Below, in pieces: positions 11,589 through 25,850 of a stretch of 64,000 nucleotides of DNA. How positions within the stretch are numbered: position 1 is the stretch's first letter; the number at the start of each line of letters is the position of its first letter. The stretch comes from Octopus vulgaris (Eukaryota): the NCBI GenBank assembly GCA_951406725.2, contig OX597832.1:8556001-8620000 (forward strand), in the 5' to 3' direction. The position numbers were made by a program, and so were the translations under genes. The notes under the pieces are model-generated. The model was not told the DNA's origin. It searched no databases and saw only the letters and a program-made list of their open reading frames with translations.

Positions 11589-13996
11589 TAGAGTGGCCCT
11601 CAATTGTTCCAATTACTAAATAATTAATCTATGAACAATTTTAGCGCAACAATTGTAAAGGGACACTCATCGACCAATAAATTTTTAAGTTTTTGCCCGG
11701 AAATTCATTTTTTCAGATAAAAAGTTTTTCGAATATAATTTTCTCTTAATTAAAAAACTTATTCAGACTTATTACTGGTAATAGAAGGATAAGGGGACAG
11801 GGAATATTGCGCAGGTACAGGGCAAGAACCTATTTTCCGCTGTCATCCAGTCGGCGGCCAGGCGTGACCGAGTGAGGTTGTGATTTGCGTTCGGCCGTCG
11901 TAATAAATGTACTGTACCTAATGGTAACGTAGAGGGATAAAATATTAAGAAATATAACGTTAGTTATAAACAGTGAAGTGATATGATTTGTCCGTGTTTG
12001 TAAATATAAGTTACTCATTCAGTCATTCATTTTGTTGTGGGGCATTATGATATAGATGATCCCCAGTTATATTGGTAGTCCTGACAAAGTTGTAATACCT
12101 CTGTTTTTATAATGTCATGTGCTTTGTATACTTATTTCCAATGCTTTAGAATAAAATTTAGAGAAGCGATGACAGAAATACAGCACAAATTTAACCTTAA
12201 CGACTGTCAAGAATTAGTGTTGAACTGGGATGGATACCAGTACTCACAGGTATTGAAAAGGTTGATAGACCAGCGATAATAGTAACTCTTCGAGGCAAGG
12301 AGGTACTGTAGGGAGTCACTGACATTCCAACATCTTCAGGACCATGGCTGTTTACCAAGCAGTGGAGAAGTGGGGTACAACCGACAAAATTCCGCAAGCA
12401 ACACAGGTCGAGTAAATGACGCATATACAAATCTAGAAAAATTGTTCAATCGCAACCTATTGTGCTTACCTTGCCGTAATCAGATTTTCGAGTTAGTTTT
12501 TCGGAGCTGCTTTGACTCACTGATGAGTGCAACTGCTGGTTCAGACAGAGTTTTTCAAACAATTTAAAGAAACCTCGACGAAACTCGACAAAAATGTTTA
12601 CCTAACTGGTAGCAGTGAAATGGCTGATGATGTCCGCTCTGCCATTCTTGGATTTACTGAACACCACCTTGCAACTCAGAAACAACAGCGAAATGATTAC
12701 CGAGAATTGTAGGAGTTAACGATGATCTTTCTTAGCTGCATTCTGACGAACGGGATATCGTTTCGTACACCATGGGCTGTAAGTCATGTTAGGTGGATGT
12801 CAAAAGAAATTTACGCATTGAAGATATACCTGTTTCAAGATCAATTTCAGTTATCTCCTGGGGAGAACTTTGTAAGAAAAATATGTATTTTCCTTGTTCC
12901 GAGTGTATGTTCGAGGCTGGTTTCTGTCATCAGAAACAATTAAAGCACCATATCATGATTTCCTAATCATGCGTCAATTGATAAATTATCAGGTTATTGA
13001 TCAAGAAATCAGTTAGGCTGCTGCGAGAAAAGTTTCCAAGAATCTCTTGCAATTAGCTTTCGAAACTGTGGCCCTATCCATATTTGATGACAATTTTCCA
13101 ACAGAATTGAAGGAAAATATTGCTAAAGTCATGCTGGAAGTAGACACAGGTGAAGAAAGAAATCAACTGAAGAGGTACATTGTGCACCAAAATGACTTTT
13201 CTTCCTTTACAAACATCGAGTTTTCGTGTTTTGTAACTCCTAGTATAAAAACATTATTCACGAGATTTCTATGAGCACCGATTTCCTTGACAATGACACT
13301 TTAACATGAAAGGATGAGTCTAGTTACAAAAGTAGTTTTGAAAGACTTGACAAGACAGTTATGAATGAGTTGTGAATGATGTTGCAGAAAGAGGTGTCAA
13401 CTTCATTCAGGATTACAATAACCAATCTCACAAAGGATGAAACTGAAAAACAATTTGTGTCACAGACCGTTATGGAAAACCGTAAAACATATATGACTGC
13501 CGCTAAATATTCTCTTATGCAAAAAGTATGTTCAATATTCAGTGTTCAGTATTCACATAATATTTTCGATTCTATAGAAATTATTGTTGTAAATAAAAAT
13601 GCTTTTCTCTTATAGAAGATGTGTGCTTTATTAAGAAAAACCCAACATTTCTTAAGTTTTCATCTTATTTCAGGAATTTTTCAAATTAGCTATTGGTAAA
13701 TTTGATTCAGAACGTTTTTAAACATCTGTTGGGGTTGCCTGGATGTGTCGACATAAATGTCTCTAAGACGAAAAAAGAAAATGGTCGAGAAAGGGAACAG
13801 TATACAGCTTTTGAACAGAATTAATCGGTGCGTATACTATATTCCAAATTCAAAGCATTTGAGTGTCGCCTAGCAGTTGTCTGATTAAGGTGAGATTTTG
13901 ATCATCCTGTATTGTTGTTTATTTGAAGAGGATTAGTGGGTGGGGGCAGCAAAATTTAAACTTTCGTAAAATTATCTGTTGCTAAGGGCCAGTTTA
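11589..13996 (+). mobile_element. Degenerate hAT-superfamily (hATm-like) DNA transposon
   Basis: Fragments LVLNWDG, KVDR, SASNTGRVN..LLCLPCRNQIFELVF (CxxH-like), RNDYREL, FRTPWAVSHVRWMSKEIYALKIYLF, NDVAERGV..IQDYN..LTKDE at 12200-13530; 12-bp TIRs tagagtggccct (11589) / agggccagttta (13985-13996); (TA)n flanks. hATm assignment is from memory. Confidence 0.8.
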
Positions 13997-14072
<76 letters not shown>

Positions 14073-14610
14073 GTGTGTGTGCGTGTGTGTGTGTGTAAGT
14101 ATTATAAGTATTTTCTCTCCCTATCCCATCAGCTTTAGGCTACTAATTTTGGCTGAAATATATTCTACTGGATCCAAATGGTTTCTGCTTCAAAGGGATC
14201 TTGATTTATGGCTCTGCCACTTAAACTGTCTTTTTCTCTATCTATAAAAGATAGATTCTTGTTCTTCCACTAGACCTGATAAACTAGTCTTAAACCCCCT
14301 CCCTCAGTAGTAAATCTAGATAACAAAGTAATAAAAGTAATATCAATGATAAACAGTGATTTCATGAAAAAATATCAGTTACTACTATGTTTTTGTTGAT
14401 AAAACTTGTTTCTCTTACCCTTTTTGTGATTTTGGTTAATGGAATAACTATGAAAATGAATCTTTTAAATTTAACTAAATTCTATGTTTTATGCAGCTGA
14501 AGATTAATCTACATTTTAAAACTGATGTAATACTTGCATTATTCAATTAAATGGAGTCGCATGAAACGATCGTACAGCATTACCGCTGGATATCCTTGTT
14601 GTTTATTTTG

Positions 14611-14665
<55 letters not shown>

Positions 14666-14838
14666 TAAATACATTTTGTGGATACAGTTGGTTACATCAA
14701 CATCAACTTTTAAATAGTATTTATTCTAAAAGCGCAGGAAGACGAAATTGGCAAAAACTCTGTTTGTAGGATTGAACGCAGAGTACCTCGAATCCTGTTC
14801 TGCGTCGCTCTGCTGATTCATTCTTCTACCATTCTGTG

Positions 14839-14913
<75 letters not shown>

Positions 14914-15149
14914 CATGAACGTCGATAATTGCTAGAAATACAGAATAATCTTCTGTATCTCTTCGTTGATATCTCATGTTGGATTAGAGTGTCAATATCC
15001 ATTACTTAAGAAAACTATTCACAAATCTTTCAACAAATAAAACAATAAATGTGTTGAAGGATTTATAATAAAACATCCTATTCGTTAACCTGGGAACGTG
15101 AAGCCGGTTATAAACTGGTTTAATACTTTACTTTACCTCATTCCACATT

Positions 15150-16330
15150 TGCTACAGATAACATAAAACACGTAACTAAATGTACTGAGGGAATATCTCC
15201 CGAGACATTTGACACTTCAATTTAACTGATATCCTTATTTCACATAAAGATTCTGCTTATATTGTCTTTATTGTCGATCCCGAACTATATTTATTCATGC
15301 AAGTGCTGACATCAACAATTTACGTACAGCATATATGTTGACAGAAGTTTAGCCGGAACATACATCTTCAAACAATTCAAAGAAATTCAAGGAAAATGAT
15401 AAGCGAAAGCGTGAAGAAGGACGTTCATTAAAAATATTGCGGGCAGTATAACTAGCAAATTAAGTTATATAACTCTAGATATTCAACGTTTAAATGCTGA
15501 GATATCAGTTGCTTAATCATAAAAAGGAATGCCATTGTTTATAGAAATAACACCTGGCTTAACCTATTGTTAAATGAGGTCAGAATATTGAACTTGTTTG
15601 AAGAGGAAGTTAATGTTGTTTATAACACTGACTTAGAGGGAGGAAAATGCCACTGCCATTATAACCTGTGAATAATTCACACTTATATTTATTAAGAGTT
15701 CCAAGATGCGTATATATTTGAATTATATTATGATAGATTTGCAAATGAGGGCATATACTGACGTAACTACATTTCACTGTATTGGGAAATAACATCATTC
15801 AGTGGAATCCTGATGGTGATGTCATCGCAGTCCAGCAAAACGTTTTAGCACATCATAATACACAGTAGTAATTTTGAAATTTGGCACAACGCCAGCAATT
15901 TAATGGAAAGGGTTAAGTCGATTACACCAACCTCAATACCCTACTGATACTTATTTATCGACTCAGAGAATGATAAAATGCTCAACGGAATTTGAACTCA
16001 GAACGAAAGGCTAGACGAAAAGCCGCAAAGCATTTTGCCCAGCGTGCAGACTATACTCTTATCGCACTTAATGGAAAATATTAAGGAGTAAAAGTAGCAT
16101 GAATAGAACCATTTTTGGTTTTAATCAGCTGAATAAGATGTACTGCCTATGACTTTCGTGTTAGTATCATAATGTACCAGGCTTTTAGCTGCTACATATA
16201 TTTATTCTGGGTATTATCGTATCAGAGGTAGAATCAGTATCGCCAAAAATGTATATATGTAAACAATATTCTCATTGTCGGCCCATGAGTGATGTCTTCG
16301 AGCTTTTCTGATCGTTCTCCATGCAGATAA
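15150..16330 (+). pseudogene. Protocadherin-like relic (about EC3-EC6 plus TM), interrupted by a SINE
   Basis: Colinear motifs: ADINN (~15305), ISESVK(fs)EG.FI (15399), LDIQRLNAEISVA*S*KGMPL (15475), NTDLEGG..YNL (15624), EFQDAYIFEL (15696; cf. recalled octopus DHEFQDxYxFxV), AYDFRV..NVP..LLAAT (~16145), IIVSE..SPKM then NILIV. Confidence 0.6.
15878..16052 (-). mobile_element. SINE (OR-like family)
   Basis: ttggcaca..gccagcaatt...gtcgattac...acttattt atcgac...ggaatttgaactcagaacg...gcattttgccc; same family at 27318, 29935, 31365, 33395, 39752, 48153, 58806. Confidence 0.75.
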
Positions 16331-19300
16331 AGCCGCCTAAGATTGTAAGATCTTCAGCCTTCCATATGATATCTATTTTGGCAGTCGTTGTATACACAGC
16401 AGATCAAATAATTGACAGTGATGTTTTAAAAAGCTGGTAGAATTAATTTTTCTGAGATATCAATTTCTATATTTAGCAGTTTTTATTACAATGGAGACGT
16501 TCCTTCGTTACGCTGAGGTCTTCAAGTTTGTTTACTAAGGCAAATGGTTAAAAAGTAGACATGTTCTCACTTGATATATAAAACGTTTTTTCAATCAATA
16601 CAAGGATGAATTGAGGTTGAAATATGAATTACAAATGAACCAGTCTGCATGATTATAACTCACTGGAATATTCCATATGAGCGGTTTTCCCAGGTAGATA
16701 TAGAACGTAAAGACAACTCTAAAAATTCGAAGGCCTATTTTATATATTTATTTACTTTTTTGTTAAAATTATCATTGAACGTCTGGAAGTTAACAGTTAT
16801 ATAAAATAGTTGAAGACCTGAGACAAACAGAAGGAATAACGCTGGAAGTTATCGATCGTCTGAATCGAGCTACAATAGTTTTATGCTTAATTTATTTATA
16901 TAAAAAACCTATTTTAACATTCTGTATGTAAGTATGAGTGAGTATGAGTGGGTGTAGACAAAGGTTTTGAAGGAAGACAGAAGGAATAGGCGAAAAACAG
17001 TCAACCATGAAATATGGTTTCGGCTTCCATTGGTACACAATTTTCTTTTCTCTACCACTTCAATTTGTGTTAAGTTTTAGTGTTACATATTTCTTCTATC
17101 AGCAGATTCCTCTATCAATATTAGCTGGAAAATATTTTAAGAAATATGTATTATTGATTATTGATCAAACGTGACGATCTACAAAATCAAACCGCTTCCT
17201 TAGTTTTACTATTGAATGCAAATTTTTTTGTATGTTGTGCTGTTGAAGCACCCCTAATAATTTCCGCTTTACGAACGGCTAGCCAATTATGTCAGCTTAG
17301 TGAAGCCCGTCGTTCTTTAAACAGTCTCTATAACATTATCCTTCGTACTAAATATGTTGCTGGTAGATTCTATAAATTTTTTTGGAGAAAAAATATAACA
17401 AATAAACTGGGTGGGGGAGATGTATAACCAGTCAATAGCATGAGTTAAATTCAGATCTGCGATTTATAAGCTCACTTGTTAGGTTTGCCTTCGTGCCATA
17501 GTGAGCAAGCGCAATGTGGCCCTACACTATATAAACCATTTTCAGATTTTCATTGAAACTTAACGTGGCATTAGGAAAAGAGCAGAAAAATCAACAAATC
17601 ACTTTCTAATCCTAAGCATTATCTGTAATTTTACCTTTTTCAATGTTTATTAAATCGTTTTTATTAAATTCATGATGCAGTTAAATCACGAAAACATATG
17701 ATGCAATGTTGCTTTTTTAAAATTCATATTCACAAAACATGCTTATATACGTATGATTATATAAAATATATTTTATACCTACTTATACCAACGAAATTTA
17801 TCTATACCTACTAGAAGTTTTTTTTTTACATGATATTAAATGTGACGTGTGATGTTCCAAAATAAACATTAAAAAATATTGCCATATAATCATACATTTA
17901 GTGTGCAATATGAGCTTGAAAGTGTAGTATAATGTAATATAATGCAGTTTATGGTTGCATGCAGTCGCTCATTGAAGTCAAATATATTGCTTTTAAGATT
18001 GAAATTTACTGCAAAAACGACTTGATTTAACAGGAATAAAAATATGTAAGAGCGCGAGTGATGTGAAAAATATAGAGACTATATTATGTTGGATTTTCTA
18101 AGAGTAACATAATCTAAATTTGAATACAGCTTTGCCTGGGTTTGTGATGGGAAATCAATGGTGTCCACAATTGAAATCCATGTAGATTAACTTGAGTCAA
18201 TGGCATTTTACTTGGTGTTCTTTGTTAAATGATATGATATTCTTGTTTGGCCAGTTCCTCCATTACATTAGCTTTCAACACATTATTCAGTTGCAGGGGT
18301 GTGTCGTGATATAGTGTTTTTCTCAGGCATCTAAAAGTGACAGATTCCATTCCTTAACAGTTCCTACCACAAAGAGAGAAAGTGGGAGAGAATCGGACGA
18401 TGATACAGAGGTTGTCTACACCACAAAACATAACCTATATTTGTTTATCAATCCTGAAATTGTGAAACCCCAAATTTACATAGGTTGAATTTGAACACAG
18501 ATTTCAAAAATCAAGAGGAGAATGCTTCAATCATGCTATTCAAAGGTAAAACATTGCCATGTGATCTGCCTGCATTCTACCTTCAAGGAATTCATGTAAA
18601 TCATATGCTGGTACTGGTTTTTAGTGTTCAAAGAACGTACCTAAATCTTTCCATACGTAAGTGGAAGCTACTCCCTTTAAGACCACTAATTTGCCCTTGG
18701 GTATCCTTAGCAAACAATTAAGACTAATCTATGTTCTAAGCCTAAATGTTTCTTTTCCTCCGCGTGTTGAAAACTCTGAAACAGGGCGATGAAATCTTCT
18801 ATTACTTCTATGACTATTTCATAATGCGTATGAGTGTTTATATATGTGTATATATTTCTATATGTTATCACAATCACGTGGAAAATGTTAAGGTTCCTCA
18901 CGCCGAACTCTGACATTAAATGTAATTACAGTTGATTCATATAATATCACTTCATAAAATAGACACGCGAACTAGTCTTGTATGGACTCTATCACCTCTG
19001 ACATGTGACCATTTGTCAATTGGCCTTAGTATCTAGGCATGAACTATTAATTAAATGGAGCATCAATAGGTCGTGTAGTCGGGAACCTTGTATAATAGAA
19101 GTTTTCATATATCGCCTGGGTAAAAGGTTACTTTAGTTATATCATTATTTTCATATATATTTAATGATTTTCTTCGAATTCTTTACTTTTCCTCACCACA
19201 TTTATTTAAATTACACTAAAATGAAAGAAATACAGACTTTTACCATGAGCCTTTATATATTATTTCGTATATTTTTTTAAGAAATGAAAATGTGTTGCTG

Positions 19301-20579
19301 TAACATAAAGAAAAAAAAACAACATACAATAAAAAATAGAAATATAAAACATTCAATAAAATAAAATAGAAATAAAAACATAAAATGAGATAAAACAGAA
19401 ATAATAAAAGCATGTCATGAAATGAAGTATAAATATAAAAAAAAATATCTATGAAAAAGAAAAAAGAAATATATACAAAGAAGTAATAAATTTTAGAAGC
19501 GGAAGGAAATGACTTTGGAAATGTGAAAACCAAATCTAAATAAAATACATATCAGTAAGTTTGTCTCTCTTTATTGGAGTCATTAAAGTTTTAGTAATCA
19601 ATTTTATTCCAACTAAAATTTCATTATTTTGTATTTTGCCTGAGGAGTGAATTGATATCATTTTTCTTAAGTATTTAAATCATGATTTATTCTTTTCGGT
19701 CTTTTTCATTTTCTCAATGTCATTAAAACTATAGAAATGATAAATAATGAAATTGTTAGTTCAAATATCGTTATACGAGAGAATGAGACAGTCTTTTGTT
19801 CTTGATTAGCCCGCGGTCAATTATGAAAATGCGGAATTATTAACAAATATATGGCAAGCGTGATTATCATTCGTTTTAGAAGTACTGTACGTATAAAAGT
19901 ATGTTCCATATAGTGACAATTTAGGGAGATATGACTATTTCTTTCGGTTGAGATAGACTCAGTTATCATTAAAAAAGGTTTGTTTTTTAATTGATGTAAA
20001 AAACAGTTACTTCATGAAAAAATCCTTTTCTTCAAAAGTTAACCTATAAAATTTCGCTCATAACAAATATATTTATTGACTCCCTCCTCTGGGTAACGAT
20101 CAGACAATGAATAATGTCTAGCTATGATTCTAAGATTTACGCATACATGAGCCAAATCTTAGATATTAAATTTTAGATTTAAATCTTCATTCACCTGAAG
20201 AAAAGAGTTATTTTCCTGATGTAATTGATATGTACATCAATATAAACACGTCTTAATTATTTTACACCGCATGATATTATGAAACTTCAAACCGGAAATA
20301 CATCTGTATATGATTTTACATATACAGGTATATTTATGTCGATGAGTATATTGATCTGTTTATGTTCCTCTGTCTGAAGTCTGAGGATAAGTCCTTATAT
20401 ACATAAATATATGCGTGAGTGACCATATACACTGTTCACACACGAATATGCTCTTTTTGAACCTATATCCTTGTCTTTATTATCAAAAGACCTTTTTTCA
20501 GTAGGGCCCTGCAAATAATTCTACACATACACTCGCACACACACACACACGCATTCACACATATATGCATATATTCACG

Positions 20580-20726
<147 letters not shown>

Positions 20727-22409
20727 TGTTCAACCGTGCGTTGGTCATATGAATTAGAACATATTGTGTGAAAATGAGTCTGAACAGAAATCGTTTTATT
20801 TCAACATGTCAAAAATCAACGATGTAATGTGTGTTAGCTCATTCAATTAAGTGTGTCTGTGTGTCTGTGTGTGTATTTATTTATACACATACACACACAT
20901 GTATATATTTTGATAAGTGGCAACGCACCGAACACTAGACGCTTGGGTTACTTTGTTGCTTTTGTACATATAAATAAAAATATTTATGCAGATCTTTTCT
21001 GTTTGCACCAACAAACCTATACACACATACATGCACGCATATGCACACATACATGCACGCATCCATACATTGATAACACATATATACGTACATATCAGTA
21101 TGTGTGTGTGTATGTATATAAGTTGGAATGCATTGAGGACTTGAGATGACAATGAATTGTACAAATTACTTAACCGTTGTCCGATGAATGAAAAAAAGAA
21201 ACGGAGGATTGCAGAAAATAATACATACACTATCCTTGTGTTATGAAAACTAGTGTCTTAGAGCATTGACCATTTATTTGAAAAGTAAATAGCATAACAC
21301 TATTATAATAATTTCCGATGTTTGGATCTCCAGTCTTAGTTAATTATCTCAATTAATATGATGTATTTGCAATAATATTTCACCAATCCTTAATGCTTCA
21401 CGTTAAGCGTTTTTATACCATCCAATTTCATTCTCTTATCGACCGCATTTATCGACGCATTGCAACTGGGAGAGTATAAGTAAAATCCTTAGTTTGCGAT
21501 TACTGCAGTTTCTTATTATGTTACGGGGTTTATATACAATCCTAGAAATTTAGATTACCAGCATCATGCCTCTGGTGAGTTCAAACTATTGATAATGCCT
21601 AATGCTTTACGATACCACACTGCACTGGTTATTAACCGATTTAAACACTGAGTCCTTATTAATAATTATATAACCTAACCGAACGCAGTTAAAATTATAT
21701 TCTTCCCTAACGTAATTTCCAATTTACATACCAAATTAAGAAATTGAATTAAGTGTTACTTTCAAGGCAAACTGAAAACTACGTAAACATTTTTTTCCTG
21801 AGTGGGGATGATTAGTAAAGAATAGCAGAAGGGTTAAATACAAAATGAAAATTACAAATTACTTGATAAATTCCGAAAAAAATATTTTCCCCCAAAAGCT
21901 ACTCTTCTTAAACAATAGGATATTAAGCAATGCACTTCCCGGTAGGTCTTTCTAAAATAAATCCAAAACAGAAATGTAAAGATTTAGAAGAAATGATTGG
22001 ATTTCGAGAGTCGATTAACCTTTTAACATTTATTTTATTTTCCTTATAACTTGAGAAACTTATAATGGAAGTAATCAGATTGTTCAAGTTTGTTTTAAAC
22101 ATTACTCTACAATTACCAGATGAGCGAGATATCTCGATTGAATACGGATCTTTATATATATATGGACGTAAGTCTACACACATACACCTAAGAATACATA
22201 CATATTTTTATACATATAAGGAAATGAGTTGTGTTCTCAACAATTAATTCCTCACAGATTATACTATATCGTTTTGATTACTCAGTTAAGATTATTCCAA
22301 GAACTCTGTGCGAAATTCCATTGATAGTCAATATGGAACCTGTCTGCTGCGGTTCAGATTCCACGAACTAAATCAGTGACACAAAATGCTATGATGATTC
22401 CACATGAAA

Positions 22410-22446
<37 letters not shown>

Positions 22447-22486
22447 ACACACACACACACACATACATACATACACATATATATAC

Positions 22487-22522
<36 letters not shown>

Positions 22523-22574
22523 GTGTCGGTACACACACACAGACACACATGCGCGCACACACAGAGAAAGTCTC

Positions 22575-22605
<31 letters not shown>

Positions 22606-22854
22606 TACCCTCACACAGTTACACACATGTACACAGACAAATAAAGGGAAATATACACACACCTTGACATTTATATAATTGTAAATAGAAACAAGTGTGG
22701 TATACAAAGTTTTAGGTCTCATTTAAATTCCGAAATAATTGCATAATACTTTTAGAAATATTATGCAATCACGTGCTCACATTATTAGCAGTGGATGTTA
22801 AATCTCCTTAGATATATGTAAATTAGTGTTATTCAAAGAAAAATCATCTCAGGG

Positions 22855-23150
22855 AAAGGGGAAAAAACATAATATCAACAATAAAAGAAATAAACAATCA
22901 TGTTTGGAATCCAAATATATGTGACCAGAGGGAAATTGAAAGAGGAAAACGAAAGTCATAAAGCTATAAAAAATACGTAAAACACTGTAGAATAAAAATA
23001 ACAAAAGTGATAGCAGACGGTCAACTCATGTAACGAATCTGATATGCCTCTCTGTAAAGTCTATTTCTATTAAGATGCACACGTAATATATAAAATACAT
23101 ATATACACTGACCTATGCTGAGGTTGACGCCTCACCTCATATTACTCTAG
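22855..23150. repeat. Dispersed ~300-bp repeat, copy 1
   Basis: Diverged direct copy at 24310-24622 (aaaacataatatcaac..ttggaatcca.atatatgtgaccagag..ccatgctgagg). Confidence 0.75.
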
Positions 23151-23499
23151 ACATTGGAGTAGAATTTTCAAACCACAACTGAGATTAAATTTTTAAGCCA
23201 ACCTTGTGACCGCTTTCCGTTACTTATTTTACTCCCCATTTTTAAAACTATATTTGCCATTCTTTTCACTGTTTATCAAACATACTTACTTCTTTGGTTT
23301 ATGCCTATTTTATATTGTGCATCTCTACATTTGCCCTAGACGCAAAGAAATGTAATCCTCCTCATCCGCCTCCTCCTCCTCCTCCTCCTCCTCATCATCA
23401 TCATCATTATTGAGTTCGGTTCTGTTTAAAGAATACATGTAAACTCCCACTAAATGCATTATTGAGTGTCCTATCCTATTGTTTTCTATTTATCAGGCA

Positions 23500-23555
<56 letters not shown>

Positions 23556-23570
23556 TATATAATATATATG

Positions 23571-23602
<32 letters not shown>

Positions 23603-23661
23603 ATTTGTGTGTGTGTGTTGTGTATGTATGTGTATGTGTTGTGTGATGTGATGTGTGTGTG

Positions 23662-23715
<54 letters not shown>

Positions 23716-23831
23716 GTGTGTGTTATATATTTATATATATATATATATGGTGTTGTGTGTGTTGTTGTATGTGTGTGTGTGTATATAAGTCATTATATAT
23801 ATGTATATATATAATATGTATATGTTGTGTG

Positions 23832-23873
<42 letters not shown>

Positions 23874-24079
23874 GTATGTGTGTGTGTGTATATGCATGTG
23901 CATGTGTATGTATGTATAAGCTTTTGTAAAAGTCACTTGATACAATCACAATAATTAAAATGTTACCAATCTCGAAAAAGTTTGGGTAACATAATCTCAC
24001 GAACCCTTGTGAAAGGAATCTACGGATTTGCCCATCCAAAATACTGCTGTTTCTAATCCTAATCCTAATCCTAATCAGG

Positions 24080-24300
24080 AGTGGGAAATGTGGGTAGATA
24101 TTGTGTACATCAAAGCTCCCTTGGGTTGTCGCTTTGTCTGCTGTCTCTCGAATATGGTTTACGAAGTCCATGACATTTCTGATGAATTTCGGGACCATTT
24201 TGCCAAAAGGTTTCAAAATTTCGATAAGCAAGCTGCTTAATCGCTGGGGCCTAGGTGCTGTCCCTGCAATAACTGGACGTAATTGTAGAATACATATGTT
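24080..24300 (-). mobile_element. Penelope-like element reverse transcriptase fragment
   Basis: LRPVIAG..PQRLSSLLIEILKPF..FIRNVMDFVNHI..SFDVHNIYPHFP matches the PLE RT pattern RPIVA..LS..L..LLKP..I+D..DF..SFDV.SLYT.IP. Confidence 0.85.
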
Positions 24301-24309
24301 ATTTATTCT

Positions 24310-24622
24310 AAGGGGAAAAGACAAAACATAATATCAACCTTTTAAGATCAAAACTAATCATAGTTGGAATCCACATATATGTGACCAGAGAAAGAGAGAG
24401 AAAGAGAGAGAGAGAGAGAGATGGAGGGAGAGAAAGAGAGGAAATGTGTCATAAAGCTATAGAAGAATAACACTAACAAAACTGATAGCAGAGAGTCAAG
24501 TTGGGTAATGATGAGTGAGTGCTCTCTGTAATGACTATTGCTATTAGGACGTACATACATCACATAAAAGGCTTACACACACTAACCCATGCTGAGGCTA
24601 ACTCCTTGTCTCATACTATTCT
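24310..24622. repeat. Dispersed ~300-bp repeat, copy 2
   Basis: Aligns with 22855-23150. Confidence 0.75.
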
Positions 24623-24639
24623 GCTAAGAGCGACATACT

Positions 24640-25115
24640 ATATTCAGCCAAACGATACCCTCAGAGTTGATATCAGTCATCAAATCTACGCCAACTAATT
24701 AAAAAATCACCAATTATCAGCACAAGAAGACAACAGCCAAATTTCAAAAGACACAAGAAGTGCGAGCTTCCCATCGGATAAAGATATAATACGGACAGGA
24801 AATATTGTTGAATGCAGATATGACTTGCAAATCATAGAAAATCCCATCTGCTACATCGCATGCCAACAATGCAATGAGAATTACATTGGGGAAAGAGGAG
24901 GAACACTAAATATCCGTGTAAGCGTGCATAAACAGCAAATTATAGATTTATCTTTTAGAAATGCTCCGTGCAGAAAACATCTACACATTTATGCGAATGG
25001 AAAATAAAAAAAAATATCTCAGTTTTATTAAATAAAAGATGAAAATAATTAAATCCGAAAGGTAGAAGAAGAATACTTTATACAAATTCTAACTCTGAAA
25101 CTAAACCGGAAGTAA
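24640..25115 (+). mobile_element. Penelope-like GIY-YIG endonuclease fragment
   Basis: MTCKS..NPICYIACQQCNENYIGERGGTLNIRVSVHKQQI..CRKHL..RKVEEEYFIQ..LKLN is typical of the PLE C-terminal GIY-YIG domain; frameshifted. Confidence 0.85.
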
Positions 25116-25534
25116 TCAACAACATTACTAAGATCAGCTTCTATACGCATTCGCCCGGAACACGTGTGTTTGAAAAGTGAAATAGCGAAAGCACACGCAC
25201 ACAAAAGACACAAAATACGCACTATGCTTCTTCCGAAAATATTGGTGAAAATTTGTAAAATATTTTTTAAAATAGTTAATAACTTTAAAAAAAATTCTAT
25301 TTTGTTCAATTAAATATATATGTGTGTATTGTGCGTGAGTGTGTGTGTCTGTAAGTGTGTTTGTGTGTCTATGTATTTTTATGACTGTGTATTCTGCATG
25401 AATAATTAGTGTTTAGAATCAGCTTCTTCCATTTCCACCAGAAGAACTTCTCAAGACCATACGGAAATGATGAAAATGACAGGACAGATGTTTCTATAAC
25501 ACCGCATACGGCTGTAAATAGAGAGATATATATT

Positions 25535-25535
<1 letters not shown>

Positions 25536-25614
<79 letters not shown>

Positions 25615-25850
25615 CAGAGAGATAGACAGACAGATATATATATATATATATATAGATAGATAGATAGATAGATAGATAAATAAATAGATAGATGAATAGG
25701 TAGATAGATAGATAGACAGTTAGATAGAGGTAAATAAACATATAAATAAATATATGAATAGATAGATAGACAGGCAGCCAGACATAGATAGATAAATAGA
25801 TAGATGGACATATAGATATATAGATAGTATATAGACAGATAGAGAGATAA
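25536..25850. repeat. (GATA)n compound microsatellite
   Basis: Seen directly. Confidence 0.95.

Noticed and set aside
18150-18600. Further cadherin-like hints (ESDDDTEVVY..LFINPE; also 7560-7980, 8600-9400, 17160-17430, 46850-47000)
   Set aside because: Only one or two loose motifs each; not separable from chance by eye, though worth including in the HMM test.
23462-23954. YI/CV/HT-repeat ORFs here and at 7144, 20565, 22376, 25451, 30106, 41525 and elsewhere
   Set aside because: Stop-free frames of (TA)n, (TG)n, (CA)n and (GATA)n repeats.
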